NCBI GenBank assembly: GCA_016700095.1
Contig: CP065002.1
Span: forward strand, 867,141 to 931,140
DNA length: 64,000 nucleotides
Direction of reading: 5' to 3'
Source of the DNA: Candidatus Woesebacteria bacterium
GTDB taxonomy: Bacteria; Patescibacteriota; Microgenomatia; UBA8517
A program made the position numbers and the translations under genes. The notes beneath the pieces were generated by a model that worked only from the letters and a program-made list of their open reading frames with translations, was not told the DNA's origin and did not search any database. Positions 40,898 to 50,813 of the stretch are shown here, one piece after another (position 1 is the first letter of the stretch; each line of letters starts with the position of its first letter).

Positions 40898-41994
40898 TGA
40901 TAATACTCTTTTAGCGTTTTAATTACATATAGAACTTCTCTTTTTCTCATCTGTGGATATATTGGCAACGAAAGAACTTCCTTGCATGATGCTTCAGAAA
41001 CTGGAAAACTATTTGTTTTATTTCCCAAATGTTTATATGATGGTGTTAAATGTATGGGTTTAGGGTAATGTACTGCGCTTGCTATACCCTTATCGCTTAA
41101 ATATTTTATTATTTTTTCTCTATGCTTCACTCGTATAACCAACAAATGATAGACGCCGTACGTCCTTTTGGCTTCTGGCAGTAATACAATTGGGAGATCT
41201 TTCAAACCATTCTGGTATATTTTTGCCAACTCACGTCTTCTTTTATTCCATTTCTCAAGATATTTAATTTTTACATTAAGAATTGCTGCTTGGGTTTCAT
41301 CGAGTCTGCTGTTATAGCCAACAAGAACGCTGTTGTATCTACTTTTTTCACCGTACATTCTCCACAATTTTGCCTTGTCAGATATTTTCTTGTTATTCGT
41401 AAGAATTGCACCTCCGTCGCCATGTGCTCCCAAATTTTTTGTAGGATAAAAACTAAAACATGCAACATCACCAAATGTACCAACTTTTCTATCATTATAT
41501 CTAGCACCGATTGATTGCGCGCAATCTTCAATTAGGAAAAGTTTGTGTTTATTGGCAAATTTCTTTATTGCAATAATTTGAGCAGGATTTCCATACAGAT
41601 GTACAACCACAATTGCTTTAGTCTTATTTGTAATACTGGCCTGTAATTGATTCACGGAAATTAGCAATGATTCCGGATCAACATCAACTAACTTTATTTG
41701 CACACCAGAGTGTGATACTCCAAAAGCAGTCGGATATACATTTGCTGGCACTAACACCTCATCATTCTTTCCAAGTCCCAGTGATTGTATTGCAATTGTT
41801 AACGCATCTGTTCCCGAATGAACTCCTACCGCGTATTTTACACCAATATATGTAGCGAGATAATTTTCAAAACGTGTCACTTCCTCACCAAAAAGATACC
41901 GGCCACTCGATTGTACTTGTTTAACAACTTTATCAAGTTCAGGCTTTAGTTCACGGTATTGTCTTTTCAAATCAACAAATTGAACCGTTTGCAT
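40894..41994 (-). CDS. DegT/DnrJ/EryC1/StrS-family PLP-dependent sugar aminotransferase
   Basis: VQFVDLKRQYRELKPELDKV...GEEVTRFENYLATYIGVKYAVGVHSGTDAL matches the family N-terminus. Probable start at MQTVQF (41994) rather than the ORF-track start at 42030. Confidence 0.8.
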   Translation of the reverse strand: MQTVQFVDLKRQYRELKPELDKVVKQVQSSGRYLFGEEVTRFENYLATYIGVKYAVGVHSGTDALTIAIQSLGLGKNDEVLVPANVYPTAFGVSHSGVQIKLVDVDPESLLISVNQLQASITNKTKAIVVVHLYGNPAQIIAIKKFANKHKLFLIEDCAQSIGARYNDRKVGTFGDVACFSFYPTKNLGAHGDGGAILTNNKKISDKAKLWRMYGEKSRYNSVLVGYNSRLDETQAAILNVKIKYLEKWNKRRRELAKIYQNGLKDLPIVLLPEAKRTYGVYHLLVIRVKHREKIIKYLSDKGIASAVHYPKPIHLTPSYKHLGNKTNSFPVSEASCKEVLSLPIYPQMRKREVLYVIKTLKEYYQ

Positions 41995-42255
41995 AAACAG
42001 GATTCTACCAAATAGGCAATTATCAAGCAATGCTATCCGGAAGAATTTGACATAAACGAGTTACCCCATCAATAGTAAAACACACCCCACGCAATACAGG
42101 GTTTACACATCTCTTTTGTCAATTATTAGACAATTTCCAAAATTACTAAGTAATTTTGTTATTACATTTTATCGACACGCTACTAGATATTTAAAAGGCA
42201 TCAACAAAAAAAAGACTCTCGGAAGCGACACATAGCGTTTACCAGCAAATCAATA

Positions 42256-43293
42256 TTAATTCTTATCTTTTTTCCAATAATGATCCTTGTGTTGCATGTA
42301 ATAATTTAAAGATTTTCTAATTCCCTCTTCTAGTTCGATCTTGGGCGTCCAACCAACTGTTTGTTTAATTTTGGAATAGTTTGCTATATAATCTCCAATT
42401 TCGATCGATTTTCTGTCCGATGGGAAAGGAACTGTTTCGCACTTTCCCCTCCCATGTACTTTTATCACGGATTCTGCAAAACCCTTCAAGCCAACGGGTA
42501 TGCCTCCCAAATTATACACTTCACCCCAGACGGCTTCTGAAGCTCCACAAAGTAAAAATGCGCGTACAACATCATCCACAAAATTTGTATCACGTATCTG
42601 TTCGCCCGTTCCGAACAGTTTGACTTTTTCTCCATCTAGCACTTGTCTAATAAACCAATTTAACACCCCTTGACGCGGATGCTTCATCTGATGCCGAGGT
42701 CCATAGGTATTTGTCATACGAAGGGAACAAGACTTAATTCCATATACTTTGTAATACAGAATATGATAGTACTCACCCGCGTTGATATTTATTCCATTAA
42801 CATCAGTAGGTTCAAGTGGGTGTCGTTCATCTACCGGTAAGTATTGCGCTCTTCCATATTGATTTCTGGTGCCAGCGAAGAGAATTTTTATTTGCGGATT
42901 ATTGTGTCGTACTGCCTCTAAGGTCGATAGCTGACTTACACAATTAATGTCTAGATCGGTATATGGATCCGTCATACTGTCAACATGACTAAGAGTACCA
43001 GCAAGATTGAACATGATATCTTTATTCTGAACTAAATAATTCATACTGTGTTTGTCTCGAACATCTGAAATATTTACGTTGACTTTATTTTTTATAGGGT
43101 CAATATTAAATAAATTTCCACCATAATCCGGAACAAGCGAGTCAATAATTGTCACTTCTGCTCCAAGCTCAACTAGTTTTATCGAAAGTGAACTTCCTAT
43201 AAAACCAAGTCCACCAGTTACCAGCACTCGTTTGCCTTTATAGTATGTTTTTAGTTCGCTTGCTGTTTTTGCTTTAGTCACAACTTTTACCAT
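42256..43293 (-). CDS. Extended-SDR NAD-dependent nucleotide-sugar epimerase/dehydratase
   Basis: Rossmann motif KRVLVTGGLGFIGSSL, and YxxxK embedded in YHILYYKVYGIK. 345 aa. Confidence 0.75.
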   Translation of the reverse strand: MVKVVTKAKTASELKTYYKGKRVLVTGGLGFIGSSLSIKLVELGAEVTIIDSLVPDYGGNLFNIDPIKNKVNVNISDVRDKHSMNYLVQNKDIMFNLAGTLSHVDSMTDPYTDLDINCVSQLSTLEAVRHNNPQIKILFAGTRNQYGRAQYLPVDERHPLEPTDVNGININAGEYYHILYYKVYGIKSCSLRMTNTYGPRHQMKHPRQGVLNWFIRQVLDGEKVKLFGTGEQIRDTNFVDDVVRAFLLCGASEAVWGEVYNLGGIPVGLKGFAESVIKVHGRGKCETVPFPSDRKSIEIGDYIANYSKIKQTVGWTPKIELEEGIRKSLNYYMQHKDHYWKKDKN

Positions 43294-43393
43294 ATGCGAT
43301 AAAATGAATACCTATAATTATACATTTTTATATTATTAACAATAAGCACAAGAAATACTTACACTATTAACAATATACTGGGATGATTAATAA

Positions 43394-43417
43394 ATTGTAT
43401 ACTTAATAATATACAAT
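43394..43417. promoter_or_regulatory. Perfect 8-bp inverted repeat ATTGTATA-N8-TATACAAT in the long intergenic region upstream of the epimerase-aminotransferase operon. Candidate operator.
   Basis: Read directly from the sequence. Lies about 100 bp upstream of the minus-strand start at 43293. Confidence 0.3.
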
Positions 43418-43466
43418 GTCGTCTGACATAATTATCAACTTGTTTTAACCCAGATTGACAAAAGAC

Positions 43467-43482
43467 TGACAATGTACTGTCA
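43467..43482. promoter_or_regulatory. Inverted repeat TGACA-N6-TGTCA, preceded by a TTGACA hexamer. Candidate regulator-binding site or promoter element.
   Basis: Read directly from the sequence (gattgacaaaagactgacaatgtactgtcatt). Confidence 0.25.
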
Positions 43483-43700
43483 TTAAATTAACTTCCTTAT
43501 TTATAGTACAAAATTATTTATACCAATCTCATAAAATGAAATGCTATGTATACAAAAATATTTAACTTCACCAAAAATATATGCTAGTAAAGTCGCATAT
43601 TCAAGAAGCGCTTGTCAACCAATCCATTATATCGCAACTACTAAGCTGAAAATATTTCGCAATTTGTTAATAAAGACGATTGTAGCAACGGTAGATCGTG

Positions 43701-44312
43701 TTATATTTTTTCGGATAAATCTGAAGCTTTGTTTGCCAAGTCAACAAGAAGTTTTTCGTCGTTTGTCATAGATAAGAAAATCGCTAGCTTTGATATATTT
43801 TCAAGTCTGGTGTTTATGCCATGCACTTTCTGACCATAGTTTCCACCTTTTTTGCTTATGTCGTTAACCTTTTCTTCCGCTTTGTCCAACTCTTCAATTG
43901 CATCTTTGAGCGTATCTGAGGCAGCATCTTTTTTACCTTCGTTTAGTAATTTTTCAGTTTCCAGAGTCCGTTTGACTGCAATAAATACATGATAATCTAC
44001 TTTCTGCGAACTTCCAAAGATAAGTGCACCTCTTGTTTTTTCTTTAATCCTTTTTAAGAAATACATTTTTTCCGTACGTGTCTTTCCCGCAACAAGTGGC
44101 CAAAACAATTCGTACGAATTTATCTCACTATCTTCTTTTTCTCCCATTTCCCAAAGCATATTTCCCTCTGCTTCATCGGTTGCGGTTTTGTCCTCTGACA
44201 GTTTCATTTTTGCACTCGGAGACACTTCGTTAGTCTTTTCCGCCAATATCATACTTGACGAGCCAGAAATAATAAGTGCTGCTAAAAACATACTAAGTAG
44301 GATTTTCTTCAT
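43701..44312 (-). CDS. Secreted or lipoprotein-like protein with a signal peptide and a K/E-rich coiled-coil C-terminus. Hypothetical.
   Basis: MKKILLSMFLAALIISGSSSMILA looks like a signal peptide. The remainder is hydrophilic and charged. Flanked by unusually long AT-rich intergenic regions. Confidence 0.45.
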   Translation of the reverse strand: MKKILLSMFLAALIISGSSSMILAEKTNEVSPSAKMKLSEDKTATDEAEGNMLWEMGEKEDSEINSYELFWPLVAGKTRTEKMYFLKRIKEKTRGALIFGSSQKVDYHVFIAVKRTLETEKLLNEGKKDAASDTLKDAIEELDKAEEKVNDISKKGGNYGQKVHGINTRLENISKLAIFLSMTNDEKLLVDLANKASDLSEKI

Positions 44313-44386
44313 ATTAATAATTATATAGTAAATTTATTACAGCGCAATACTCCTCCAAATATTTAATTTACCAATGAATGCGTTTT

Positions 44387-45532
44387 CTAGTTTACTGTTC
44401 GGGCTACGTTTTCAAGAAGCGATAAGCTTAACTTCCTCGACTTTTTCCACGTAAATTTCTCCGCCCAATCTCTTGATCCCTTAACTAACACGTCGTATTT
44501 TTTCTTGTCATTAACAAGCATATAAATAACATCTGCAAAATTAACCGGTGAATTGGGTTTTATCAAATATCCGCTATATTTATCTTTCACACTATCAACA
44601 AGTCCCGGTGCGGTATAGGCTACAACCGGCGTACCTACAGCATTGGCTTCAATATTTACAAGTCCGAACCCTTCAAGGATTGATGGATTTATCAAAATAT
44701 GACTTCTTGCAAGAAGTTCGAATTTTTTCGCCTCTGATACAAAACCCCAGAATTTTGTTTTCTCATAAATCCCCAGGTTCTTTGCTAGTTTGGTTAAATA
44801 AGCCACATAGTCCGACCCGCCCTTACCTATTATCCAATACTTATAATTCTTGGTATCAGATTCCTCTTTAGCTCTTTGATTGATTAAAGCGAATGTTTTT
44901 ATCGCATCTTCAATCCCCTTGTCCTTTGCGAGTGCTCCTAAAAATGTAATGGTAATATCTTTTTCTTTTTTAGGGAAAGGTTTAGGTAAAGTAATCAATG
45001 TTCCATGCGGAACTACTGTTATACTTTTTCGTGGAAGCCTCATTTTACTTAATTCATCTTTTGCCGATTGAGAACCTACCATAAATTTTACTTTCCTATA
45101 AATTACAAACTGAAACGGCTCTGCAAGATAGCCAATTATGCCGACAATCAAATTTAACGGTTTAGGTAAATCATTTTTCAACCACACACCACGGGCAACT
45201 TCTTGTAGTACGGCGAGTTTAGGCTTTCTCACATAAAACGGAGTAAAAAAGGGGATACCGTGAAATTGATCCACAACAACATCATATTTTTGCTTGCCAA
45301 ATATATACCAGAAAAAGGCTGCAATATGCACTCCCAATATTTGATTGGCACGTCTAAATATTCTCACACCATCTAACTCTTGATCGCGCAAGGCATTTTG
45401 AAAATTTGAAGTAAATAGCGTTACATTATGACCTGCTTTAACCCACCCCTTCATGTGTTCATGCATCACCTGCTCGGCACCCCCCGCCAGGGGATGTTTT
45501 GGTCCGCGCCAGGAAAATACTAATATATTCAT
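44387..45532 (-). CDS. GT4 (GT-B fold) glycosyltransferase
   Basis: GT-B layout. N-terminal MNILVFSWRGPKHPLAGGAEQ. C-terminal ...INPSILEGFGLVNIEANAVGTPVVAY. Confidence 0.75.
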   Translation of the reverse strand: MNILVFSWRGPKHPLAGGAEQVMHEHMKGWVKAGHNVTLFTSNFQNALRDQELDGVRIFRRANQILGVHIAAFFWYIFGKQKYDVVVDQFHGIPFFTPFYVRKPKLAVLQEVARGVWLKNDLPKPLNLIVGIIGYLAEPFQFVIYRKVKFMVGSQSAKDELSKMRLPRKSITVVPHGTLITLPKPFPKKEKDITITFLGALAKDKGIEDAIKTFALINQRAKEESDTKNYKYWIIGKGGSDYVAYLTKLAKNLGIYEKTKFWGFVSEAKKFELLARSHILINPSILEGFGLVNIEANAVGTPVVAYTAPGLVDSVKDKYSGYLIKPNSPVNFADVIYMLVNDKKKYDVLVKGSRDWAEKFTWKKSRKLSLSLLENVARTVN

Positions 45533-45533
45533 A

Positions 45534-46400
45534 CTAAGTTATTATCAGTATAACACCACCAAACATTATGACTGCACCGACAAGTTTATTTGCAATGTAC
45601 GTTTCATGAAAGAAATACCAACCAAATAAAGTATTGAATATTATCGCTAGTTTGAAAATTGCCGTTACCAAACCAAGGTTTTGCATACTAAACGCTAAAT
45701 AGGCACATGTTTGACCAACAGCCCCCAGTATCCCAATAAGTAAATATGTTTTTTTGTCCTTCGCTATACTAACCAAAGGACGTACCTTGTTTTTTATCAG
45801 TAACAAAGAAAGAATGAGTGTAGAAATAATTAATCCTACAAAAGAAGCAAAAGGGGGAACAGCAGGATAGGTGTTCTGAATGGCAATTTTTTCAAATATC
45901 GGAGTAACGCTCCATATTAGGTATGCAAGTAGCGCAAGTCGGACACCTTTTTCATTAAAAGTTTCCATAAAAGATGAAATAACATTTTTGTAGTTTTTTT
46001 GCCGCAGAAGATATGTCCCCACGACAATAAATATAATTCCTAAAATGTCTCGTCCGCCTAGCTTTTCTTTTAGCAAAAGATAAGAGACTATGGCAGTAAA
46101 TGCCGGATTATAAGCAGACATTGAACTTACAAGTGACAGATCAGTTGTTTTTAGAGCTTTATAAACCAATATCGCCGCGAGTGTTCCAAGGGTAGAACTA
46201 ATTAGGATACTTACAATAAAGATGTGATTAATAAAGGGGATTTGATATTTAATAATAATTATCAAAAAAAGAAATAGTATTACAAGTAACTGTGATACGA
46301 ACAAATAAACTCTCTCGTCGGTTGCACGTAAAATCTTTTTGGCGAATACGTTAGTAACCGATGAAGTTAGTGCAAAGGATATTGAGTATAAAAACCACAT
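45534..46400 (-). CDS. EamA/DMT-superfamily 10-TM transporter
   Basis: 288 aa with two repeated 5-TM halves. Composition is typical of EamA domains. Confidence 0.6.
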   Translation of the reverse strand: MWFLYSISFALTSSVTNVFAKKILRATDERVYLFVSQLLVILFLFLIIIIKYQIPFINHIFIVSILISSTLGTLAAILVYKALKTTDLSLVSSMSAYNPAFTAIVSYLLLKEKLGGRDILGIIFIVVGTYLLRQKNYKNVISSFMETFNEKGVRLALLAYLIWSVTPIFEKIAIQNTYPAVPPFASFVGLIISTLILSLLLIKNKVRPLVSIAKDKKTYLLIGILGAVGQTCAYLAFSMQNLGLVTAIFKLAIIFNTLFGWYFFHETYIANKLVGAVIMFGGVILIIT

Positions 46401-46430
46401 TTACGTTGTTAACTAGCCTATCGGAGATAT

Positions 46431-47213
46431 TTATTTTTTATCATAATAATGTAGTATTTTTAGTTTGTTATAAACAGCCAAGGTGTCCCACGCCATTTTG
46501 AATGGCGAGTTGGGATTAAATATGGGAAAAAATTGGATTCTACTTTTACCTACATTAAAGTTTAGCTCGATCGGTGCTTCGTAAATTCTTGTATATCCCA
46601 TGTGGTTTGCAAGAGCCAGCATTTCAATGTCCATGGCAAATCTATCAATTGATAGTTTGGGGAGAATTTTTTTAATGACTTCTTTTTTAAATATTTTTAT
46701 CCCGCTTTGGGTGTCTGTCAGAGATAAACCAAAAAGTAATTTAATACCGAAAGAATATCCGACACTTAGTATCCTCCTTAATAACGGGTAATCAAGTTTG
46801 GACGCAGGGTGTCGTTTACTGCCGACAATTACATCTGCATCGTACCATTCCATATGAGCGAGTAACATCATAATTCCCTTTTCTTTGATGTCGCGACCTG
46901 CATCCATGAAAGATATCAAATCTCCATTCGCTTCTTTCATACCGGTACGGACAGCATACCCCTTGCCCCTATTTTCTTTATAACTAATAAACTTGAGGTT
47001 CGAATAATGAAGTTTTTTTACCTCCGCAGAGGTGTTATCAAACTGGCCATCTTCAACGCAGATTATTTCAAAGTCGTATTTCTCCGGTAACCCTTGTTTT
47101 AATGTTTTAATCAATATTTCTAGATCCGTTTTGATAGTTTTCCCCTCCTTGTAGGAAGGAACCACAATTGAAACTAGTGTCTTTGTACTTTTCTTCATAC
47201 TACGTTTTAACAT
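46431..47213 (-). CDS. GT2, DPM1/GtrB-like glycosyltransferase (soluble)
   Basis: VSIVVPSYKEGKTI...ICVEDGQFDNT...ENRGKGYAVRTG...FMDAGRD. Confidence 0.7.
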   Translation of the reverse strand: MLKRSMKKSTKTLVSIVVPSYKEGKTIKTDLEILIKTLKQGLPEKYDFEIICVEDGQFDNTSAEVKKLHYSNLKFISYKENRGKGYAVRTGMKEANGDLISFMDAGRDIKEKGIMMLLAHMEWYDADVIVGSKRHPASKLDYPLLRRILSVGYSFGIKLLFGLSLTDTQSGIKIFKKEVIKKILPKLSIDRFAMDIEMLALANHMGYTRIYEAPIELNFNVGKSRIQFFPIFNPNSPFKMAWDTLAVYNKLKILHYYDKK

Positions 47214-48465
47214 AGTTTAAACGCTTTAATTCATTGTAACCCAGGTATACAAATAATACTAAAAGTGTAAAGCCCATAAGTATTGTATTCACATATAAAA
47301 CTTCTCTTATCGTAGAATGAACATTCCAGAGTACAAATATTTGAACGATTGAAGTGACCAATGGAAACATCACTACTTGCGTCCGGTGGATCGACAGTAA
47401 GAAATTTACAATTAAGCTTGCAAGGGTATAAAAAGTAATAAATAAACCCATCCAAACAAGTTCCGGCGCAACAATAAGATAATCCTTTCCATACAAAAGT
47501 CCAATTGCCAGGTCGGGCAGTAAATAGTAGAACACCAAAACCAAAGACGATAATAAAAAGACCGCAGAGACACTTAGATAAAAGGTTGTTCTATAATTCT
47601 CTCCCTTTGAGCGTTTACCTGCGACAATCGGAAACATAACTGAAGCGACTGGTTGCGTTGCAAAAAATATAATTTTCCCCAACATGGAAAGAGCAGCATA
47701 ATACCCTGCAATCGGATTTTCCGGACCGAAGAAATGTTTTATTATAATTAAATCAACGGTAAATATTGATGTAAATGCCATAGCTTGCAGGAGAACAGGG
47801 AAAGCAAATTTAATAATAGGATAGATATTGTAGTCTAATGAGGATTTTTCCGATATTTCCTTTTTGATGACAATTTCAGAATAATAGTATGCCATCACGG
47901 AAGACATAACTATTGCAAAAGTAGCTCCGGGAACTTTGAGTCCAAAGAAAACCAGGACGATACCTAAAAATAACTTCGCCGTACTTGAAATCGAATCGGA
48001 AACAACCACACCTGTAAATTTTAATATTCCCTGAAGGAGCGCTTTGTTTACAATTGTTAACAACATAAAATAAACAATCGGTGCTATAAAAATAAGACTA
48101 TAAAATTCGCCCAAGTGTAAAAAATTCTTCAACGGATAGGCAGATAGAAGCATAACAACACTGGCAATTATCGAAAATCTTTTAAGTAATTTTTTTAAAG
48201 TAAAATATATGTGATCTCTTTCTGATTTGCTTTTGGCTGATGATATAAATTTAACAATCGCAAAACTAGTGGAGGTTGGAATAATTCCGACAATATAAAG
48301 GATAGAGAAAATTATCGCCAAGTTTCCGTAATCAACCGGTCCAAGCACTCTTCCCATCAGAAGATGATAAATATAATTAATTCCGTTATTACCCAAACTT
48401 CCCCCAACCATCAAAAGACTACCAAGAAGCAAAGGGTTTCTAATTAAGTCTTTTGCCTTTTTCAT
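47200..48465 (-). CDS. Wzx/MurJ-like flippase (MOP superfamily)
   Basis: About 12 TM helices. Likely start MKKAKDLIRN at 48465; the ORF-track start at 48513 abuts the gmd stop. Confidence 0.6.
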   Translation of the reverse strand: MKKAKDLIRNPLLLGSLLMVGGSLGNNGINYIYHLLMGRVLGPVDYGNLAIIFSILYIVGIIPTSTSFAIVKFISSAKSKSERDHIYFTLKKLLKRFSIIASVVMLLSAYPLKNFLHLGEFYSLIFIAPIVYFMLLTIVNKALLQGILKFTGVVVSDSISSTAKLFLGIVLVFFGLKVPGATFAIVMSSVMAYYYSEIVIKKEISEKSSLDYNIYPIIKFAFPVLLQAMAFTSIFTVDLIIIKHFFGPENPIAGYYAALSMLGKIIFFATQPVASVMFPIVAGKRSKGENYRTTFYLSVSAVFLLSSLVLVFYYLLPDLAIGLLYGKDYLIVAPELVWMGLFITFYTLASLIVNFLLSIHRTQVVMFPLVTSIVQIFVLWNVHSTIREVLYVNTILMGFTLLVLFVYLGYNELKRLNYVKT

Positions 48466-48513
48466 ACAATCTTGTACGATTATACTGCAGAAAAATGAAG
48501 CGATACAGCGCAA

Positions 48514-49539
48514 CTATTTCAAGCGGGCAATATTGGCATCGACAAGCATTGCAACAAGATCACTAAATTCAGTTCTCGGTTTCCAACCAAGCACTTTCAC
48601 AGCTTTTTTGGGATCGGCAACAAGTGGCCCCGTTTCTGTCGGCCGTACAAACCTCGGGTCAATAGTCACATATTCATTCCAGTCTTTTCCAACATAACCA
48701 AATGCCTCCTCACAAAGCTCACGAATCGTATGCGTTTCACCCGTACCGATTACATAATCGTCTGGCTTACTTTGTTGTAACATTAACCACATACTTTCGA
48801 CATAATCACCGGCAAAACCCCAATCCCTTTTGGCTTCTAAATTTCCCAATGCGACTTTTTTATTTTTAAAAATCGGCTCTCCTTCTTCGTTTAAATGTTC
48901 ACTGGTTTTGATACCCAACTTTGCACACGCTGCCGCATATGTTACTTTCTGAGTAACAAATCCCAAACCACGCCTTGGTGATTCATGATTAAAAAGAATT
49001 CCACAAGAAATAAACATTCCATAGCTTTTCCGATAAATTTTAGCGATGTTATGCGCATACAATTTTGCGGCTGCATATGGGTTCGCGGGATTAAACGGTG
49101 TGTCCTCATTCTGGGGAATTTCTTTCACCCAACCAAACATTTCAGAACTTGACGCTTGATAAAAACGGGCTTTAGGACAGCGTTCGCGTATACATTCCAT
49201 TACACGTTGTGCCCCAACACCTGTTATTTCCGCTGTATGGACGGGCTGTTTAAAAGATTCGGCAGGCGAAGACTGCGAGGCGAGATTATAAACTTCGTCT
49301 ACATCACCTATAACCGAAAGGGCATTGGTAAGTGATACCGGATCCAACAAATCAGCTTGTACGATATTTAATTGATGTTGAAAATGAGCAATATTTGCAT
49401 ACAAAAAGTGACTGGTTTTTCTTACAATCCCCGATACCTCGTAACCTTTTTTCAATAAAAACTCTGCCAAATACGATCCGTCTTGTCCCGTGACACCCGT
49501 AATTAATGCTTTTTTGTTTTTAAGTTTTTTCATTGACAA
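48514..49539 (-). CDS. gmd: GDP-mannose 4,6-dehydratase
   Basis: KKALITGVTGQDGSYLAEFLLKKGYEVSGIVRKTS is the canonical Gmd N-terminus. Downstream ...NIAKIYRKSYGMFISCGILFNHESPRRG matches the Gmd NHESPRRG motif. 341 aa. Confidence 0.85.
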   Translation of the reverse strand: MSMKKLKNKKALITGVTGQDGSYLAEFLLKKGYEVSGIVRKTSHFLYANIAHFQHQLNIVQADLLDPVSLTNALSVIGDVDEVYNLASQSSPAESFKQPVHTAEITGVGAQRVMECIRERCPKARFYQASSSEMFGWVKEIPQNEDTPFNPANPYAAAKLYAHNIAKIYRKSYGMFISCGILFNHESPRRGLGFVTQKVTYAAACAKLGIKTSEHLNEEGEPIFKNKKVALGNLEAKRDWGFAGDYVESMWLMLQQSKPDDYVIGTGETHTIRELCEEAFGYVGKDWNEYVTIDPRFVRPTETGPLVADPKKAVKVLGWKPRTEFSDLVAMLVDANIARLK

Positions 49540-49697
49540 CTTTATTTATATATTAATAATTAGAAAAGTAACTACACTCAACCTGACTCTTTAATAATAT
49601 TTTCAACCCCGAACTTTAACTTTTGATTAATTCAATCATTCGCGAATTAAAACGCGAAGACTTCTTGAATTAGAATAAATTCTAACATACTCGTCAA

Positions 49698-50813
49698 TTA
49701 ATTGATTCCGTAAGCTTTGATTGTCTCTTTGGCCGTAATTGTCCAGTTATATTTCTTAACGTGTAATAACCCCTTGGAAATACATGTCTTTCGTTTTTTC
49801 TCGTTTTTATACAACAAACTAAAAGATTGCGCAAATCCGTCCACACTATCAGGATCAACAAAAATAGCTGCCTTTTCAGCAATTTCCACCAATGCTTGAG
49901 TTTTGCTTGCGACAACCGGAACACCGCAAGCCATGGCTTCAAGAACAGGAAAACCAAAACCTTCCGAAAACGACGGTTGGCAATATACTGTTGCCAAATT
50001 GTATATTTTTACCAAATCCTCGTCACTGACAAAACCCAATCTTTTTACTCTTGGATTATCCTTTAGTAAATCCAGTATTTGCTTGTAATGCTTAACTTCA
50101 GGATGTGGTTTTCCGAAAAGGAATCTCGCCCAATCTCTTGGTCCGTGTAGTTGGGAAATTTCCGAAGTATAATTCTCAATATAAAGCGCTTGTTTCCCCA
50201 CAATAATTAAATCGGTTTTAATTTTGTTGCATGCTTGTATTAAAGTTCCAATATTTTTGTTGTAATTGACGTCACCGACATATAAGACAAATCTTTTGGG
50301 AAGCAAATATTTCTTAACGATATTTTCTTGCCAAGTATCATTCTTTAATTGATTAAAGTGGCTAGCAGGCGCTAAATGCGTGACAAATATCTTTTCGCTT
50401 GGAATACCCAAAAACCTGACAATATCCTTTTTGGATGCCTCAGTATCGGTCACAACTGCGTAAACACGTCGCAGTTGCCTTTTTTGATCTTGTAGTTTTA
50501 CTTTACCTCGCACACCCGAAGGATACTGATTGGGGTGTAAAAGTGGTATCACGTCGTGAATTGTAACTACTATTTTAGCATCAACTTGAGGTAATTTACT
50601 TTCGTAAAGTTTGAAAAACGGAAAATGAATAATATCAAACTTATGAGCATTTTTTATAAGCGTTTGGGTGTCAAGTCCAGTTATATCTAGCGAAAACTCA
50701 CCGGCAATTTTCTCCAAACTTTCAAGTAAATATTTCGTATAAAAACCTACCCCCCTCACTTTGTCTTGTGATTTTAGGGGTCCTATGTCAATTGCTACTT
50801 TCATATCATTCAA
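49698..50813 (-). CDS. GT4 (GT-B fold) glycosyltransferase
   Basis: MKVAIDIGPLKSQDKVRGVGFYTKYLL resembles the GT4/GT1 mannosyltransferase N-terminus. C-terminal SFSEGFGFPVLEAMACGVPVVAS. Confidence 0.75.
   Translation of the reverse strand: MNDMKVAIDIGPLKSQDKVRGVGFYTKYLLESLEKIAGEFSLDITGLDTQTLIKNAHKFDIIHFPFFKLYESKLPQVDAKIVVTIHDVIPLLHPNQYPSGVRGKVKLQDQKRQLRRVYAVVTDTEASKKDIVRFLGIPSEKIFVTHLAPASHFNQLKNDTWQENIVKKYLLPKRFVLYVGDVNYNKNIGTLIQACNKIKTDLIIVGKQALYIENYTSEISQLHGPRDWARFLFGKPHPEVKHYKQILDLLKDNPRVKRLGFVSDEDLVKIYNLATVYCQPSFSEGFGFPVLEAMACGVPVVASKTQALVEIAEKAAIFVDPDSVDGFAQSFSLLYKNEKKRKTCISKGLLHVKKYNWTITAKETIKAYGIN

Noticed and set aside
43294-43700. The 406-bp AT-rich intergenic region as a possible ncRNA or small-gene locus
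   Set aside because: There is no convincing extended stem-loop architecture, tRNA-like cloverleaf or conserved riboswitch motif visible by eye. The only ORF (43541..43771 +) is low-complexity and overlaps the downstream gene. Only the short palindromes were retained, as candidate regulatory sites.
49540-49697. Hairpin TTCGCG-aattaaaa-CGCGAA between the GT4 gene and gmd, considered as an intrinsic terminator
   Set aside because: On the transcribed (minus) strand the stem is not followed by a U-tract. It may be a weak attenuator or fortuitous, and support is insufficient to call it a terminator.
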